64,000 nucleotides of DNA. Origin: Candidatus Binatia bacterium (GTDB lineage Bacteria; Desulfobacterota; Binatia; UBA9968; JAJDTQ01). Shown in pieces: positions 46,263 to 55,979 of the stretch (position 1 is its first letter; each line of letters opens with the position of its first letter). The notes beneath the pieces were generated by a model, which was given only the letters and a program-made list of their open reading frames with translations, was not told the origin of the DNA and searched no databases. Location: positions 672,001 through 736,000 of the forward strand of contig OY762897.2 of the NCBI GenBank assembly GCA_963666515.2, read 5' to 3'. Both the position numbers and the translations under genes were made by a program.

Positions 46263-47870
46263 CTAACCGCGCAGCTTCCGCATGGTCTCGCGGGTCTTGC
46301 GGACTGCCGCGTCGTCTCCCACGGCCTCGTAGACCCCGACCAGGACCCGGTACACGCCGGGGTGGAACGGATTGATCTGGAGCGCCTCCAGCAGGGCGCC
46401 GCGCGCGCGCGCGTGGTCGCCGGCCTCGTGGTGGAGCCGCCCGGTCAGGTAATACGTGTGCACCGCGTCGGGGTCGAGATACCGGGCCTTCTCCAGGTGC
46501 GGCAGCGCCTGGTCGTAGCGCCGGGACTGGATCAGGGTCTCGCCCAGCCGGTTGAGGATGACGGTGGAGTCGGGTCCGGCCCGGAGCGCCCGGCGGTACT
46601 CGGCGCCGGCCGCCCGCAGCCGGCCGCGCTCGCGCAACCGGTCTCCCAGGTGGGTGCGGTTGCGGGCGATCTCCGACCGGATCTCGGTCAGGTCCACGGA
46701 AACCGGCTGGTCTCCCTGCTCCGCGACCTTGAAGCGGCGCAGGCGGCTGCCCTGCACGACCGTGAGCCCCTGGCTTTCCACGAAGCGCCGCCAATCCGCT
46801 TCGAAGCCGTCCAGCGGCACGCCCATGACCGCTTCGATGGCTTCCGCGGTGGAGAGCCGCCTCACCAGCGACAGCACCTCCCGGATGCCCCCGGGGCCCT
46901 TGCTCCGGGTGATGTAGTCCACGGCCGAGGCCACCTCGGCGTAGGCGAGCTGGACCTGCTCCGGCGTGTCCAGGCGGATGAGGGACGGCTCCATGTCCTT
47001 GAAGCTGACGAACTCCTGCCGCTCGACGGCCGTGGCCAGCAGGGTCTCGTTGGCCGGCGTGAGGTAGTCCGGCCGCTCGCCCTGCACCGGGTTCCGCCAC
47101 ACGGTCTCGTAGTAGCGCGCGATGCCTTCGTGCAGCCAGATGGGCGCCTTGTTCCGCGTCAGGTTGACGATGACCCGGTGGATGTACTCGTGGACGAGGG
47201 AGTCGAGCCAGCGGTATCCGTGGGCCATCACCCGCGGCGAGATGATCATGACCTTGTTGAACTTGCACAGCCCGATGGCGCCGGTCTCCTCGATGTCGCG
47301 CTGCGTGAACGTGGTGATGGCGGTGAAGGACTGCACGTCCGGGGCGATCTCGATCCGCACCTTGCCGCGCGGCCGGTACCCCAGCGCGCGCTCCACCTCC
47401 CGGTGGGCCTGCTCCAGCGCCGCCAGCGCGGGTTCCGCCAGGATGCCGTCGCTCTCTTCGTGCAGGTGGAGCAGGAAGTGGTCGCTCTCGTAGCGCTTGA
47501 AGTGGCGGGTGACGTCGTGGGTCTGTTGCAGCAGCAGCCGCAGGGCCTGGCGGCGTTCGTCCTCGGCGTCGATGGCCAGGGCCTTCTCCACGGTGGCGAG
47601 GGCCTTGGCGTAGGAACCGTCGTAGTAGTACAGCAGCGCGGCCAGGTCCAGCGCGTCCACGGACCGCGGCTGCGTTTCCAGGAGCCGTTCGATGACGGGG
47701 CGGGCATCCTCGACCCGCCACTCCCCCAGGAGTTCCCGCGCCGTCTCGACCGCGGAGGCCTCGGGCGCCGGGTCGGCGGCGTGTCCGGGAACCGCGGCGC
47801 CGAGCGTGAGGACGCACGCGAGCCACAGCGCGCGGGACGCGTGTCGGAACCCTGTGGAAAGTCTCTTCAT
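46263..47870 (-). CDS. Secreted TPR protein with peptidase MA-like (HExxH) domain
   Basis: Signal peptide, TPR helices and LVHEYIH...PIWLHEGIARY gluzincin motif. Confidence 0.85.
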   Translation of the reverse strand: MKRLSTGFRHASRALWLACVLTLGAAVPGHAADPAPEASAVETARELLGEWRVEDARPVIERLLETQPRSVDALDLAALLYYYDGSYAKALATVEKALAIDAEDERRQALRLLLQQTHDVTRHFKRYESDHFLLHLHEESDGILAEPALAALEQAHREVERALGYRPRGKVRIEIAPDVQSFTAITTFTQRDIEETGAIGLCKFNKVMIISPRVMAHGYRWLDSLVHEYIHRVIVNLTRNKAPIWLHEGIARYYETVWRNPVQGERPDYLTPANETLLATAVERQEFVSFKDMEPSLIRLDTPEQVQLAYAEVASAVDYITRSKGPGGIREVLSLVRRLSTAEAIEAVMGVPLDGFEADWRRFVESQGLTVVQGSRLRRFKVAEQGDQPVSVDLTEIRSEIARNRTHLGDRLRERGRLRAAGAEYRRALRAGPDSTVILNRLGETLIQSRRYDQALPHLEKARYLDPDAVHTYYLTGRLHHEAGDHARARGALLEALQINPFHPGVYRVLVGVYEAVGDDAAVRKTRETMRKLRG

Positions 47871-47934
47871 CGGTCCGGCGGCGACGGGGTGACGGGGATG
47901 GCGCGCGCTGCCGGCGCCGGCCCAGCACGATCGG

Positions 47935-50900
47935 CTATTGCGACAGCTCCTTGAAATAGCGCTCGACCTGATCCTTGTAGCGTTCCGGCACGCCCTCCTT
48001 CAGCGACTCCAGAACCTCCTGGCGAAACCGCTCGGGCTTGTAGTCGTCCTTCCCGGGGAGCTTGAACTTCTCCGTGTCCAGGCCGGTCAGGTTGTCGTCG
48101 ATGTCGTGGTCGGGGAACTGCGGGGTCCCGGCGGGGGGCAGGAACTGCCCCGTGGGCAGGAACCGGCCGCGGCGGAACACGTGGACCAGCGGCACCCGCC
48201 CGAACCGTCCCCGCTGGGCCAGCCGCTGCATCGCCTGCTGCATTTGCTGGCTGGATTCGGACAGGCGGTTGATGGCCTCCTGTTCGGGGGGAATGGCCTG
48301 TCCCGGGCGGAGTGAGCCCAGCTCGCCGGTGGCCTCGCCCATGAACGCGCCCGCCTCGGCGATGTTGTTGACGATCTTCGGGTCCAGCGACGGGAAGAGT
48401 TGGAACAGGTACCGCAGCCTTTCCACCAGGTCCCGGGTCCGGGTCGCCAGCACGTCTTCCCGCGTGGCAAGCTCCCGGACCTCGCCCTTCTGCGGCGCGG
48501 TCAGCTCCGGGTAGGGGAGGCCGGCGATGGCCCGGTACTCCCGCGCCAGCGCCGTCAGCATCGCCAGGGCCGCCTTCTGCACCTCGTCCAGCGCTCCGAT
48601 TTCCGCAAGCTCTTCGGTCACCGGCCCCAACTGCTTGGACAGCGCGTCGAAGTTCCGGTTCTCGATCATTTCCCGCAGCCCCGACAGCAGCCCGCGGACG
48701 GCCGCGCTGCGCTCGCGTTCCGCCGGGGGCCGGGCGCGGTCGCTCTCCAGGCCGGGAGCGGCGAGCAGATGGGCCAGCACCGCCAGGTCGGCCTGGGCGC
48801 CCGCCGCAAGCCGCCCGACGGCCTGCTCGCGCTGCTCGTCGATCTCCCGGGTGTTGTCCTTGTGGACGCTCTCGGTTCCCAGCAGGATTTCCTGCTGTTC
48901 CCGGAGGATCTGCTGCAACTCGTCGCTGGAGCGGCTCATGGCCCCCTGCATGCGGGACATCATGGACCCCTGGGCCTGCTGCTGTCCGCTCCGCAGCGAA
49001 GCCGCGAGCTGCGCCATCTGGTTGAACAGCTCCCGCGCCAACTGCATGGCGCCCTCGATGTCGCCCTCCCTGAGCTTCTGGCGGATCCGGTCCATCATGG
49101 ACTGCATGTCCGAGAACGGCATGTTGCGCAGGTTCTGCGGGTTGACGAACTGGTTCGGAACCTGTTGGGCGAACTGCATGAGCGATGCCTGCAGTTCCTG
49201 GAGTTGCCGGGCGAGTTCCGACAGTTCCTTCAGCACCTCGTCCAGCTCCTTGTTGCCGCTTCTCAGCTTCTCCAGCGAGTCCATGAAGCGCTGCTGGTCC
49301 TTGACCATGTCCTTGGCGGTGGCCGCCATGTCCTGTCCCGCGAGCCGCCGGCTCACGTCCTCGCTGAGCATCGATAGCCGTTCCAGCTCCGTGGCCATGG
49401 CGTCGTGGGCCTGCTCGCGCTCGGCCGGCGACGCCGCCTGCCGCATCCCCTCCATGAGATCGGTCCGCGCGTGCTCCAGGTTGTTCCTCAGGGTCTCCAG
49501 GTCGGACCATGTGGCGAAGTCGCTGATGCGATCCTCCCGGGTGCGCCGCATGGCCTCGTCCACGCGCTGCGCCATCCGGTCGAGGCCCTCCGCCAGCCGC
49601 TGCCCCGGCTCGCCCTCCTGCGGTTCGTCAGGAGGAGCTTCGAGGTGGTCGCCCAGCAGGTCCACCATCTTGTCGGAGATGTCGCGGATCATCTCGGCCA
49701 CCTGGCGGTGCTCGGCCTTGAGGTTCTTGAGGCGGAGGCTCAAGGGCCGCGACTTGACGAGCTTGGGACCGGAAATGGTGTCGTTGTCGAGCACCTCCAG
49801 GTGGTAGACCACGACGTCGCCTTCCTTGAGACGGATGGTGTCCAGATCCCAGATGAACATTTCCTGGAGGGTGCGGGCAACCTCGTCGCGCCACACCGGG
49901 ATGCGCTCCTCCCGGTCCCCGACCGCGGCCACCAGGGTGACTTGCCGGACGCCGTAGTCGTCTCCGGCGCGGTACTCCAGGGCCAGCCTCTCGTCGCCGT
50001 TCACTTCCAGGTCTTCCGTCGGCTTGAGCAGCTCCACGAGCGGGAAGCTGTCGGGCACGGCGACCATTTCGTAGGGCACCGGCAGGTTCTCGAAGCCGAA
50101 GGCGTCCTCCAGGCGGATGCGGTACGGCTGCGAGCGGAACAGCACGATGCTGCCCTGGGCGTTGTCGCCGGTGATCTTCAGCGGCACCTCCCGGCCGTCC
50201 TCCAGGGCGACGGCCGCCTGAGCCATGCTCTTGTTGGTGGTGGCGGAGAAGCTCAGGGTCGAGCCCTTGACGCCGCGGACGTTGCCGCCGGTGAAGGTCC
50301 GGTCGGGGAGGCCCGTGTAGTGGGGCGGGTAGAGCGTCACCTTCAGGTCCGTGACTGCCGGCCGGTCCACCGCGGTGACCGCGTACCAGGGCGACTCGAA
50401 CGGCCCGGTTACGACCTGGTAGACGAGGTTCTCGGTGACCTCGGGCAGCACGGCCGCGTACCGTCCGTCCTCGGCCCGGTCCATGCCGACGGTCTGTGCC
50501 GCGTCGTCTCCTTGCCCTGAAGGGGCGGGCTTGAACACCAGCTCCACGCGGTCCGGACGGGCGCCGGAGGTGACGGCTTCGACGGAGACCGCGGCGCCGC
50601 GGATCACCCGCACGTCCCGGGTCACCACGCGGATGAATATCTCGGCCGGCGGCAGGTGCTCCAGCGGATGCGCCACCAACGCCACGGCGCGGCCGGGGAA
50701 GTCCGGGAGCCAGACGGCCAGGGCCAGCACCGGCGCGGCCGACAGCGCCAGCAGCCGCACCCTGGCCCGCAACGGCCGGGTGTCCACCAGCGCCGCGGGT
50801 TGCATGGGACGGATCTGGTCGCGGGTCTGGCGGATCAGCGCGTGGATCATGGGCGCGGAAGCGCCGCCCGTCCGGGCCGAGTCCGCCAGTTGCGGGTAGA

Positions 50901-51225
50901 GCTGCAGCGAGTTGATGAGGTTGTTGCGGAGTTCCGGGCGCAGCCTCTCGACGGCGCGGGCCGCCCACGAGAGGCTCCGGGACCGCAGGAAATGCCACAG
51001 CGTGAGCCCGGTGACCGCCAGCAGCGTGGCGACGGAAAGCAGGCTGAAAGCCAGGGGGGCGTAGGGCAGGTGTTCCTTGACCGCGTCCACGCCCATGCCC
51101 AGGGCCGCCAGCACGGCCAGCGCGGTGCCGGCAAGGCACAGCGACTCCAGGCCCCGGACCCTTCGGGACCGGTTCACGAACCCTCGCAGGAAATCGTCTA
51201 TCGGACGGTAGTCTTCTTCGTGCAA
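47935..51225 (-). CDS. DUF4175-like membrane-anchored coiled-coil protein
   Basis: N-terminal TMs, Ig-like region with DDYGV and DNDTISGP, long Q/M-rich coiled coil, C-terminal VPERYKDQVERYF. Confidence 0.8.
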   Translation of the reverse strand: MHEEDYRPIDDFLRGFVNRSRRVRGLESLCLAGTALAVLAALGMGVDAVKEHLPYAPLAFSLLSVATLLAVTGLTLWHFLRSRSLSWAARAVERLRPELRNNLINSLQLYPQLADSARTGGASAPMIHALIRQTRDQIRPMQPAALVDTRPLRARVRLLALSAAPVLALAVWLPDFPGRAVALVAHPLEHLPPAEIFIRVVTRDVRVIRGAAVSVEAVTSGARPDRVELVFKPAPSGQGDDAAQTVGMDRAEDGRYAAVLPEVTENLVYQVVTGPFESPWYAVTAVDRPAVTDLKVTLYPPHYTGLPDRTFTGGNVRGVKGSTLSFSATTNKSMAQAAVALEDGREVPLKITGDNAQGSIVLFRSQPYRIRLEDAFGFENLPVPYEMVAVPDSFPLVELLKPTEDLEVNGDERLALEYRAGDDYGVRQVTLVAAVGDREERIPVWRDEVARTLQEMFIWDLDTIRLKEGDVVVYHLEVLDNDTISGPKLVKSRPLSLRLKNLKAEHRQVAEMIRDISDKMVDLLGDHLEAPPDEPQEGEPGQRLAEGLDRMAQRVDEAMRRTREDRISDFATWSDLETLRNNLEHARTDLMEGMRQAASPAEREQAHDAMATELERLSMLSEDVSRRLAGQDMAATAKDMVKDQQRFMDSLEKLRSGNKELDEVLKELSELARQLQELQASLMQFAQQVPNQFVNPQNLRNMPFSDMQSMMDRIRQKLREGDIEGAMQLARELFNQMAQLAASLRSGQQQAQGSMMSRMQGAMSRSSDELQQILREQQEILLGTESVHKDNTREIDEQREQAVGRLAAGAQADLAVLAHLLAAPGLESDRARPPAERERSAAVRGLLSGLREMIENRNFDALSKQLGPVTEELAEIGALDEVQKAALAMLTALAREYRAIAGLPYPELTAPQKGEVRELATREDVLATRTRDLVERLRYLFQLFPSLDPKIVNNIAEAGAFMGEATGELGSLRPGQAIPPEQEAINRLSESSQQMQQAMQRLAQRGRFGRVPLVHVFRRGRFLPTGQFLPPAGTPQFPDHDIDDNLTGLDTEKFKLPGKDDYKPERFRQEVLESLKEGVPERYKDQVERYFKELSQ

Positions 51226-51458
51226 CGGAGGATCCTCCCGGCGGTGGCCGCTACCGAATACCCGTTGGAAGTCCGTGTCGTTTGATCCATTCTAGAGTTT
51301 TTTCCCGGATTCACAAGGGCGAAGGGCCATGTGCGGGCGGGTCCGAACCCCGTCGAGCGGCGAGACCGGCCGCCAATCTGGCAACTCACCGGGGCTTGTG
51401 CTATGACCCTTGTTTCACCTGCATTCCCCGCAAGAACCCCGGCGAAAGGACCCGTTGC

Positions 51459-53038
51459 ATGGACCGCGACCCCACGGCACTGCCCCTCGTCTGTCATGAA
51501 GGACACGAAGACCACGACCACGATGAGCCCCTTCCCGATGAAGACCACCCCATGTGGCGTCCGAGCGCATCTCGCTGACCTCCGTCGGCATCGACATCGG
51601 CTCGTCCACGTCCCATCTCATCTTCTCCCGGCTGGTCCTCCGCCGGCAGGGCATCTCCCTGTCGAGCCGTTTCGTGGTGGTGAGCCGGGAGATCGTCTAC
51701 GAGTCGCCGATCCTGCTGACGCCCTACGTGGACAAGCTGACCATCGACACGGAGAAGCTGAACGAGTTCATCCACGACGCCTACGCCCGCGCCGGCCTCA
51801 CCCGCGGCGACATCGACACCGGCGCCCTGATCGTCACCGGCGAGGCCGCCAAGAAGAAGAACGCGGAGGCCATCGCGGCCTTGTTCTCGGAGGAGGCGGG
51901 CAAGTTCGTGTGCGCCACCGCCGGCCACAACCTGGAGGCGATTCTGGCGGCCTACGGCTCCGGCGCGGTGGAGGCGTCGACCCGTGACGGCGACGTCGCG
52001 TGCCTGAACGTGGACATCGGCGGCGGCACCAGCAAGATCGCCATCACCCGGGGCGGACAGGTGGTGGACACCGCGGCTCTGGAGGTGGGCGCGCGGCTGG
52101 TGGCCCTGGACGAGAGCCAGAAGATCAACCGGCTCGAGGACGCGGGAGCGCGCATCGGAGACGCCAGCGGCGTGCCGCTGGCCTTGGGCCAGGTGCTGGC
52201 GGAGGCCGACAAGGAACGCATGGCCGGGACGTTGAGCGGCTGTCTGCTGGAGGTGCTGGGACGCGGGCCGTTGTCGCCGCTGACCCAGGAGATCATGCTG
52301 ACGCCGGCGCTTTCCTATCAGGACCCGATTCATTCCGTCCAGTTCTCCGGCGGCGTGTCGGAGTACATCTACGGCTACGAGACCGGGGACAAGGGGGACC
52401 TCGGCAACCACGTGGGGAGGAAGATCCGCGCCGGGGCCGTGGAGCTGGCGACCCGCGAATCGTGGGAATTCAAGGAACCCGAAGTGCGCATCCGCGCCAC
52501 GGTCATCGGCGCCTCCCAGTACACCGTGCAGGTGAGCGGCAACACGATCTTCCTGTCCGACGACACCGTGCTGCCGCTGCGGAACCTCCAGGTGATCACG
52601 CCGCGTTTCCGCCAGACCGAGCCGCTCACCACCGAGGACGTGCGCGGCGCCATCGAGAGCGCGCTGCAGCGCTTCGACATGACCGAGGGGGACCGCGGCG
52701 CGGCGCTGGCGCTCCACTGGGAGCTGGGGCCTTCCTATCCCCTCATCAAGACGCTGGCCACCGGCGTGGTGGAGGGGATGAAGGAGCACCTCCGTCAGGG
52801 ACGGAATCTGGTGCTGGTGTTCGACGCCGACATCGCCAAGCTGGTGGGCAACATCATCGACAAGGAAATCCGTCCCGGGACCGGCGTCATCTCCATCGAC
52901 GGCATCGACCTCAAGGACTTCGATTTCGTCGACATCGGCGAGGAGTTGCCGGACGCCAAGGCCGTGCCGGTGGTGATCAAGTCGCTGATCTTCCGTCACG
53001 AAGAGTGGGGCAGGGGACGCCTGCTGGCCAACGACTGA
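51459..53038 (+). CDS. eutA: EutA-like (ethanolamine ammonia-lyase reactivase family, actin-like ATPase) protein with probable frameshift near 51555
   Basis: SVGIDIGSSTS, TGEAAKKKNA, FVCATAG, NVDIGGGTSK, RATVIGASQYT and VPVVIKSL motifs; His/Asp-rich N-terminal piece (ATG 51459) lies in another frame. Confidence 0.85.
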
Positions 53039-53086
53039 CGGCGGGCGGCGCGCCACCCTTCCCGAAAGCCTGCCGCAAGTAACGTC

Positions 53087-54052
53087 CTACCTCTCGGGAC
53101 GACGGGCGTTCATCCTGCTTCCAAGCCTGATGGGGTGCTCCGGGTGGAGCGTCCTGAAGCCTGCGATGGAGACCCACACCCGCAAGAGATGGCGGCCGGC
53201 GCCGTCGGCGGCGAACCGGGTGCGCGTGTGCAGGACCACATGGTTGTTGAAGTATTCGATGTCGCCGGGCTGGAGTTCCAGGGAAACCGCGACCTCGTCG
53301 GCTACGGTATTGAAGACTTCGAGAGCGCGGTTCTGGGCCTCGGTCAGCTCGGGGACTCCGGCCAGTTTCTGCGCCCGTCTGATGTGGACCGGGAAGGCGC
53401 AGGCGTTGAACACGCCGCGGTGAACGCTCAGGAACGGCAGCCGGGTCCACGGGTGGGCGTGGTCCGGATGCGGGTGCGGCAACGCCACGTGAAACGGCCG
53501 GGTGAGCACGCGCAACCGCTCGGGATACTCCGCCGCCAGGATGTTGTAGACGGTGGCGGCGCTGGCGAACCTGCGGGTTCCGCCGGCGCGGGCGGGGCTC
53601 AGGCAGAGGAAGCCGATGACGTCTTCGGGGTCGGCGTGAAAGGGAAGCTCGCCGGTCGCGCGAAATCCCAACCGGTCGCGGTTATCGGACTCCGCCCGTA
53701 CGTGCGCCATCCGCACCCCTCCCGGCTGCTCGGCGATATCGCCCAGCAGTCCGCTCAGGGCCGAGAAGGCGCCGGCGACCTCCGGCTCGTTCAGGCTCGT
53801 CAACGGCAGACCCCGGAGGATCCGGAAACCGAGACCGGACTTGAGTTCACGGGCGGTGGCCGCCATCTGCGAAGCCAGCAGCGGCCGGCGGGGCGTCTTC
53901 CGAGGCCCGGCTACGGGCGCTTCCCGCGCCAACGCCGAAAGCTCCGCCAGTTCGCCGCCGGTGAAGTGATGGCGCCAGGCTTCCGACCGTTCGATGTCGC
54001 CCGGCGCCCAGGCCGCGGGGTCTGCCGTCCTTGGAAACTCTCTCGCGTCCAT
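53087..54052 (-). CDS. TauD/TfdA (clavaminate synthase-like) Fe(II)/2-oxoglutarate dioxygenase
   Basis: GLGFRILRGLP, FHAD (HxD), A..GG....S and LQPGDIEYFNNHVVLHTRT facial-triad motifs. Confidence 0.9.
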   Translation of the reverse strand: MDAREFPRTADPAAWAPGDIERSEAWRHHFTGGELAELSALAREAPVAGPRKTPRRPLLASQMAATARELKSGLGFRILRGLPLTSLNEPEVAGAFSALSGLLGDIAEQPGGVRMAHVRAESDNRDRLGFRATGELPFHADPEDVIGFLCLSPARAGGTRRFASAATVYNILAAEYPERLRVLTRPFHVALPHPHPDHAHPWTRLPFLSVHRGVFNACAFPVHIRRAQKLAGVPELTEAQNRALEVFNTVADEVAVSLELQPGDIEYFNNHVVLHTRTRFAADGAGRHLLRVWVSIAGFRTLHPEHPIRLGSRMNARRPER

Positions 54053-54071
54053 GGCCCTGCAAGCGATGGCG

Positions 54072-55409
54072 TCACTTTTCGCGGAAGGCGTCCTGCCGGT
54101 AGCCCCGGAGGGGTTGCAGGACGTATTCGATGACGCGTTGCGTGCCGAGGATGAGCGCGGCTTCCGCGGCCATTCCGGGCAGCAGTTCGACTTTCTGCCC
54201 CTCGATCTCCATGTAGGTCCGGTCGAGATCGATGAGCGCCTTGAACACGGGGCCGGCCGGCCCGGGCTGCGGAGCGGTTGCCGGGCCGGCGCCGGCCGCG
54301 ACGTTCCCGGGCGCCGGCGAGCCGCCCTGAGCCCCTGCGTTCACCGCATCCTTGCCCACGTGGCTCACCGTGCCCTCGATGGCGCCGTAGCGGCGGAAGT
54401 CGAAGGTCGCCACCTTGAGGGTGACCCGCTGGCCGGGCTTCACGAAGCCGATGTCGGTGTTGGCGACGAAGGCCTCCACGCGGACCCCGGCGTTGCCGGG
54501 TACGATCACCATGAGGCGGGCGCCGGGCTCCACCATGCCGTTCTCCGTGTGCACGGCGAGGTCCTGGACCACGCCGTCCACCGGCGACCGCAGGGTGTGC
54601 CGGGCGCGGTGCTCCCGCGCCTGGCGGAGATCCTGCCGCAGCACGATCATCCTTTCGCGAACGGCCGCGAGGGTGGAACGGCGTTCCCGGTAGAACTCGG
54701 AGGCGGCGCGTTCCTTCTGCGCCCGGATCCCCGCCAGAGAGGCCGTGACCTCGGTCAGCTCCCTGCGGCGCAGCGCGATGTCGCCCTCCAGCTCCACCAG
54801 CCGCTCCTGCTCTTCGAAAAGAGCCAGTCGGGAGCCGTGGTCCCTGCGGTACAGGGTCTCGCGCATGGCCGTCCGCTCGCGCAGAATGGGCAGCAGGCTC
54901 CTGTGCTTGGCGAGCGCGGCCTCGATGGTGAGGAGTTGCGCGCGACGCTCCGCCATCACGCCGTCCAGTTCGTGGAGACGCGCCCGGTGCGCCGCGACCT
55001 GATCCGCCAGGAGCGCCTTGTTGACGGAGACGATCTCCGGCGGGGCGCCGGCGGGCGGGTGGAAAGGCAGGGCCTTGCGCCACGCCAGGGCGGCCTCGAG
55101 GCGCGCGGCTTCCACGGACTTGATTTGAAGCTCGGCGGCGAGCTTGGAGATCTCGGCGTCCACCAGGGTCGTGTCGATCTCGATCAGCACGTCGTCCTGC
55201 TCGACCGGGGTTCCTTCCTCGACGGCGATGCGGCTGATCTTGCCCTGCTCGAAGGACCGGATGACCTTCACCTGCCCGGTGGGCACGATGCGGCCCGGAG
55301 CCACCGCGGCCAGTTCGACCTCCGCCACCGACGCCCACGTCAGGGTGGCGACGAGAAAGACGCAAAGCGCTACGAGCAGGAGGACGTCCGGGCGATGGAA
55401 TCTCTTCAC
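54072..55409 (-). CDS. HlyD-family type I secretion periplasmic adaptor
   Basis: N-terminal TM, APGRIVP..VK, coiled coil, LRSPVDGVV, DIGFVKPGQ..KVATFDFRRYG and LLPGM...RVIEYVLQPL...FRE. Confidence 0.95.
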   Translation of the reverse strand: MKRFHRPDVLLLVALCVFLVATLTWASVAEVELAAVAPGRIVPTGQVKVIRSFEQGKISRIAVEEGTPVEQDDVLIEIDTTLVDAEISKLAAELQIKSVEAARLEAALAWRKALPFHPPAGAPPEIVSVNKALLADQVAAHRARLHELDGVMAERRAQLLTIEAALAKHRSLLPILRERTAMRETLYRRDHGSRLALFEEQERLVELEGDIALRRRELTEVTASLAGIRAQKERAASEFYRERRSTLAAVRERMIVLRQDLRQAREHRARHTLRSPVDGVVQDLAVHTENGMVEPGARLMVIVPGNAGVRVEAFVANTDIGFVKPGQRVTLKVATFDFRRYGAIEGTVSHVGKDAVNAGAQGGSPAPGNVAAGAGPATAPQPGPAGPVFKALIDLDRTYMEIEGQKVELLPGMAAEAALILGTQRVIEYVLQPLRGYRQDAFREK

Positions 55410-55852
55410 GCGGAGCTCCCGAGGCCCTCCCCTCTCGACCGCCGCAACCGGACCCCCTTCTCACCGGCCCACAGGAGAGAACAGGCCGCGGCGGCAAGCA
55501 CAAGAGCGGCCCGCCACCATCCGAGGACGTCCCCGACCTCCCACCAGTGGAACAGCGTCGTCACTTCACCCGCGGCCAGGGCGAGCAACATCAAGGCCGG
55601 CAGGGCGTACGGTCTGACGAGCCGGTTCAAGGAGGCTGCGATCACGAAGACGAAGATCGAAAACAGCATCGCGCCGACCACCGCGCTGCCGGCGGACCTG
55701 CCGTGGTACTCCACAAGCCACGCCGTCTGCCCCATGAGCCAGAATGCTCCGGCAACGACGGCGAAGCACGCTGCCCGCGATATCCTGAGATACCGGCTGA
55801 ACTTGTCGTCCCCTTCCCTGTGGCGGAAGGCTCCCATGAACTCGAATTGCAT
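55406..55852 (-). CDS. Small 4-TM membrane protein (immunity-like, unknown)
   Basis: AGGAGG RBS, four hydrophobic segments and GTGA 4-nt overlap with the HlyD gene. Confidence 0.7.
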   Translation of the reverse strand: MQFEFMGAFRHREGDDKFSRYLRISRAACFAVVAGAFWLMGQTAWLVEYHGRSAGSAVVGAMLFSIFVFVIAASLNRLVRPYALPALMLLALAAGEVTTLFHWWEVGDVLGWWRAALVLAAAACSLLWAGEKGVRLRRSRGEGLGSSA

Positions 55853-55904
55853 CGTTGCCTCCTGTAACGGTCACGTTTCCATGATTCCTGCATCGAACGG
55901 GTAA

Positions 55905-55936
55905 GGCGACGGGGGATGCGTGAATCCCCCGTCGCC
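55905..55936 (-). terminator. 13-bp perfect stem-loop downstream of the precursor gene (attenuator or mRNA stabiliser)
   Basis: GGCGACGGGGGAT-GCGTGA-ATCCCCCGTCGCC; only a short U tail. Confidence 0.7.
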
Positions 55937-55979
55937 GTTCTGGCCATGCCGCAAACGCTGCTTCGTGACGGCGGTTGAC

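Noticed and set aside
46234-47928. Apparent 565-aa N-terminal extension of MoxR (ORF 45205..47928)
   Set aside because: It is an alternative frame over the TPR-peptidase gene with Arg/Gly/Pro-rich junk composition; MoxR starts at 46233
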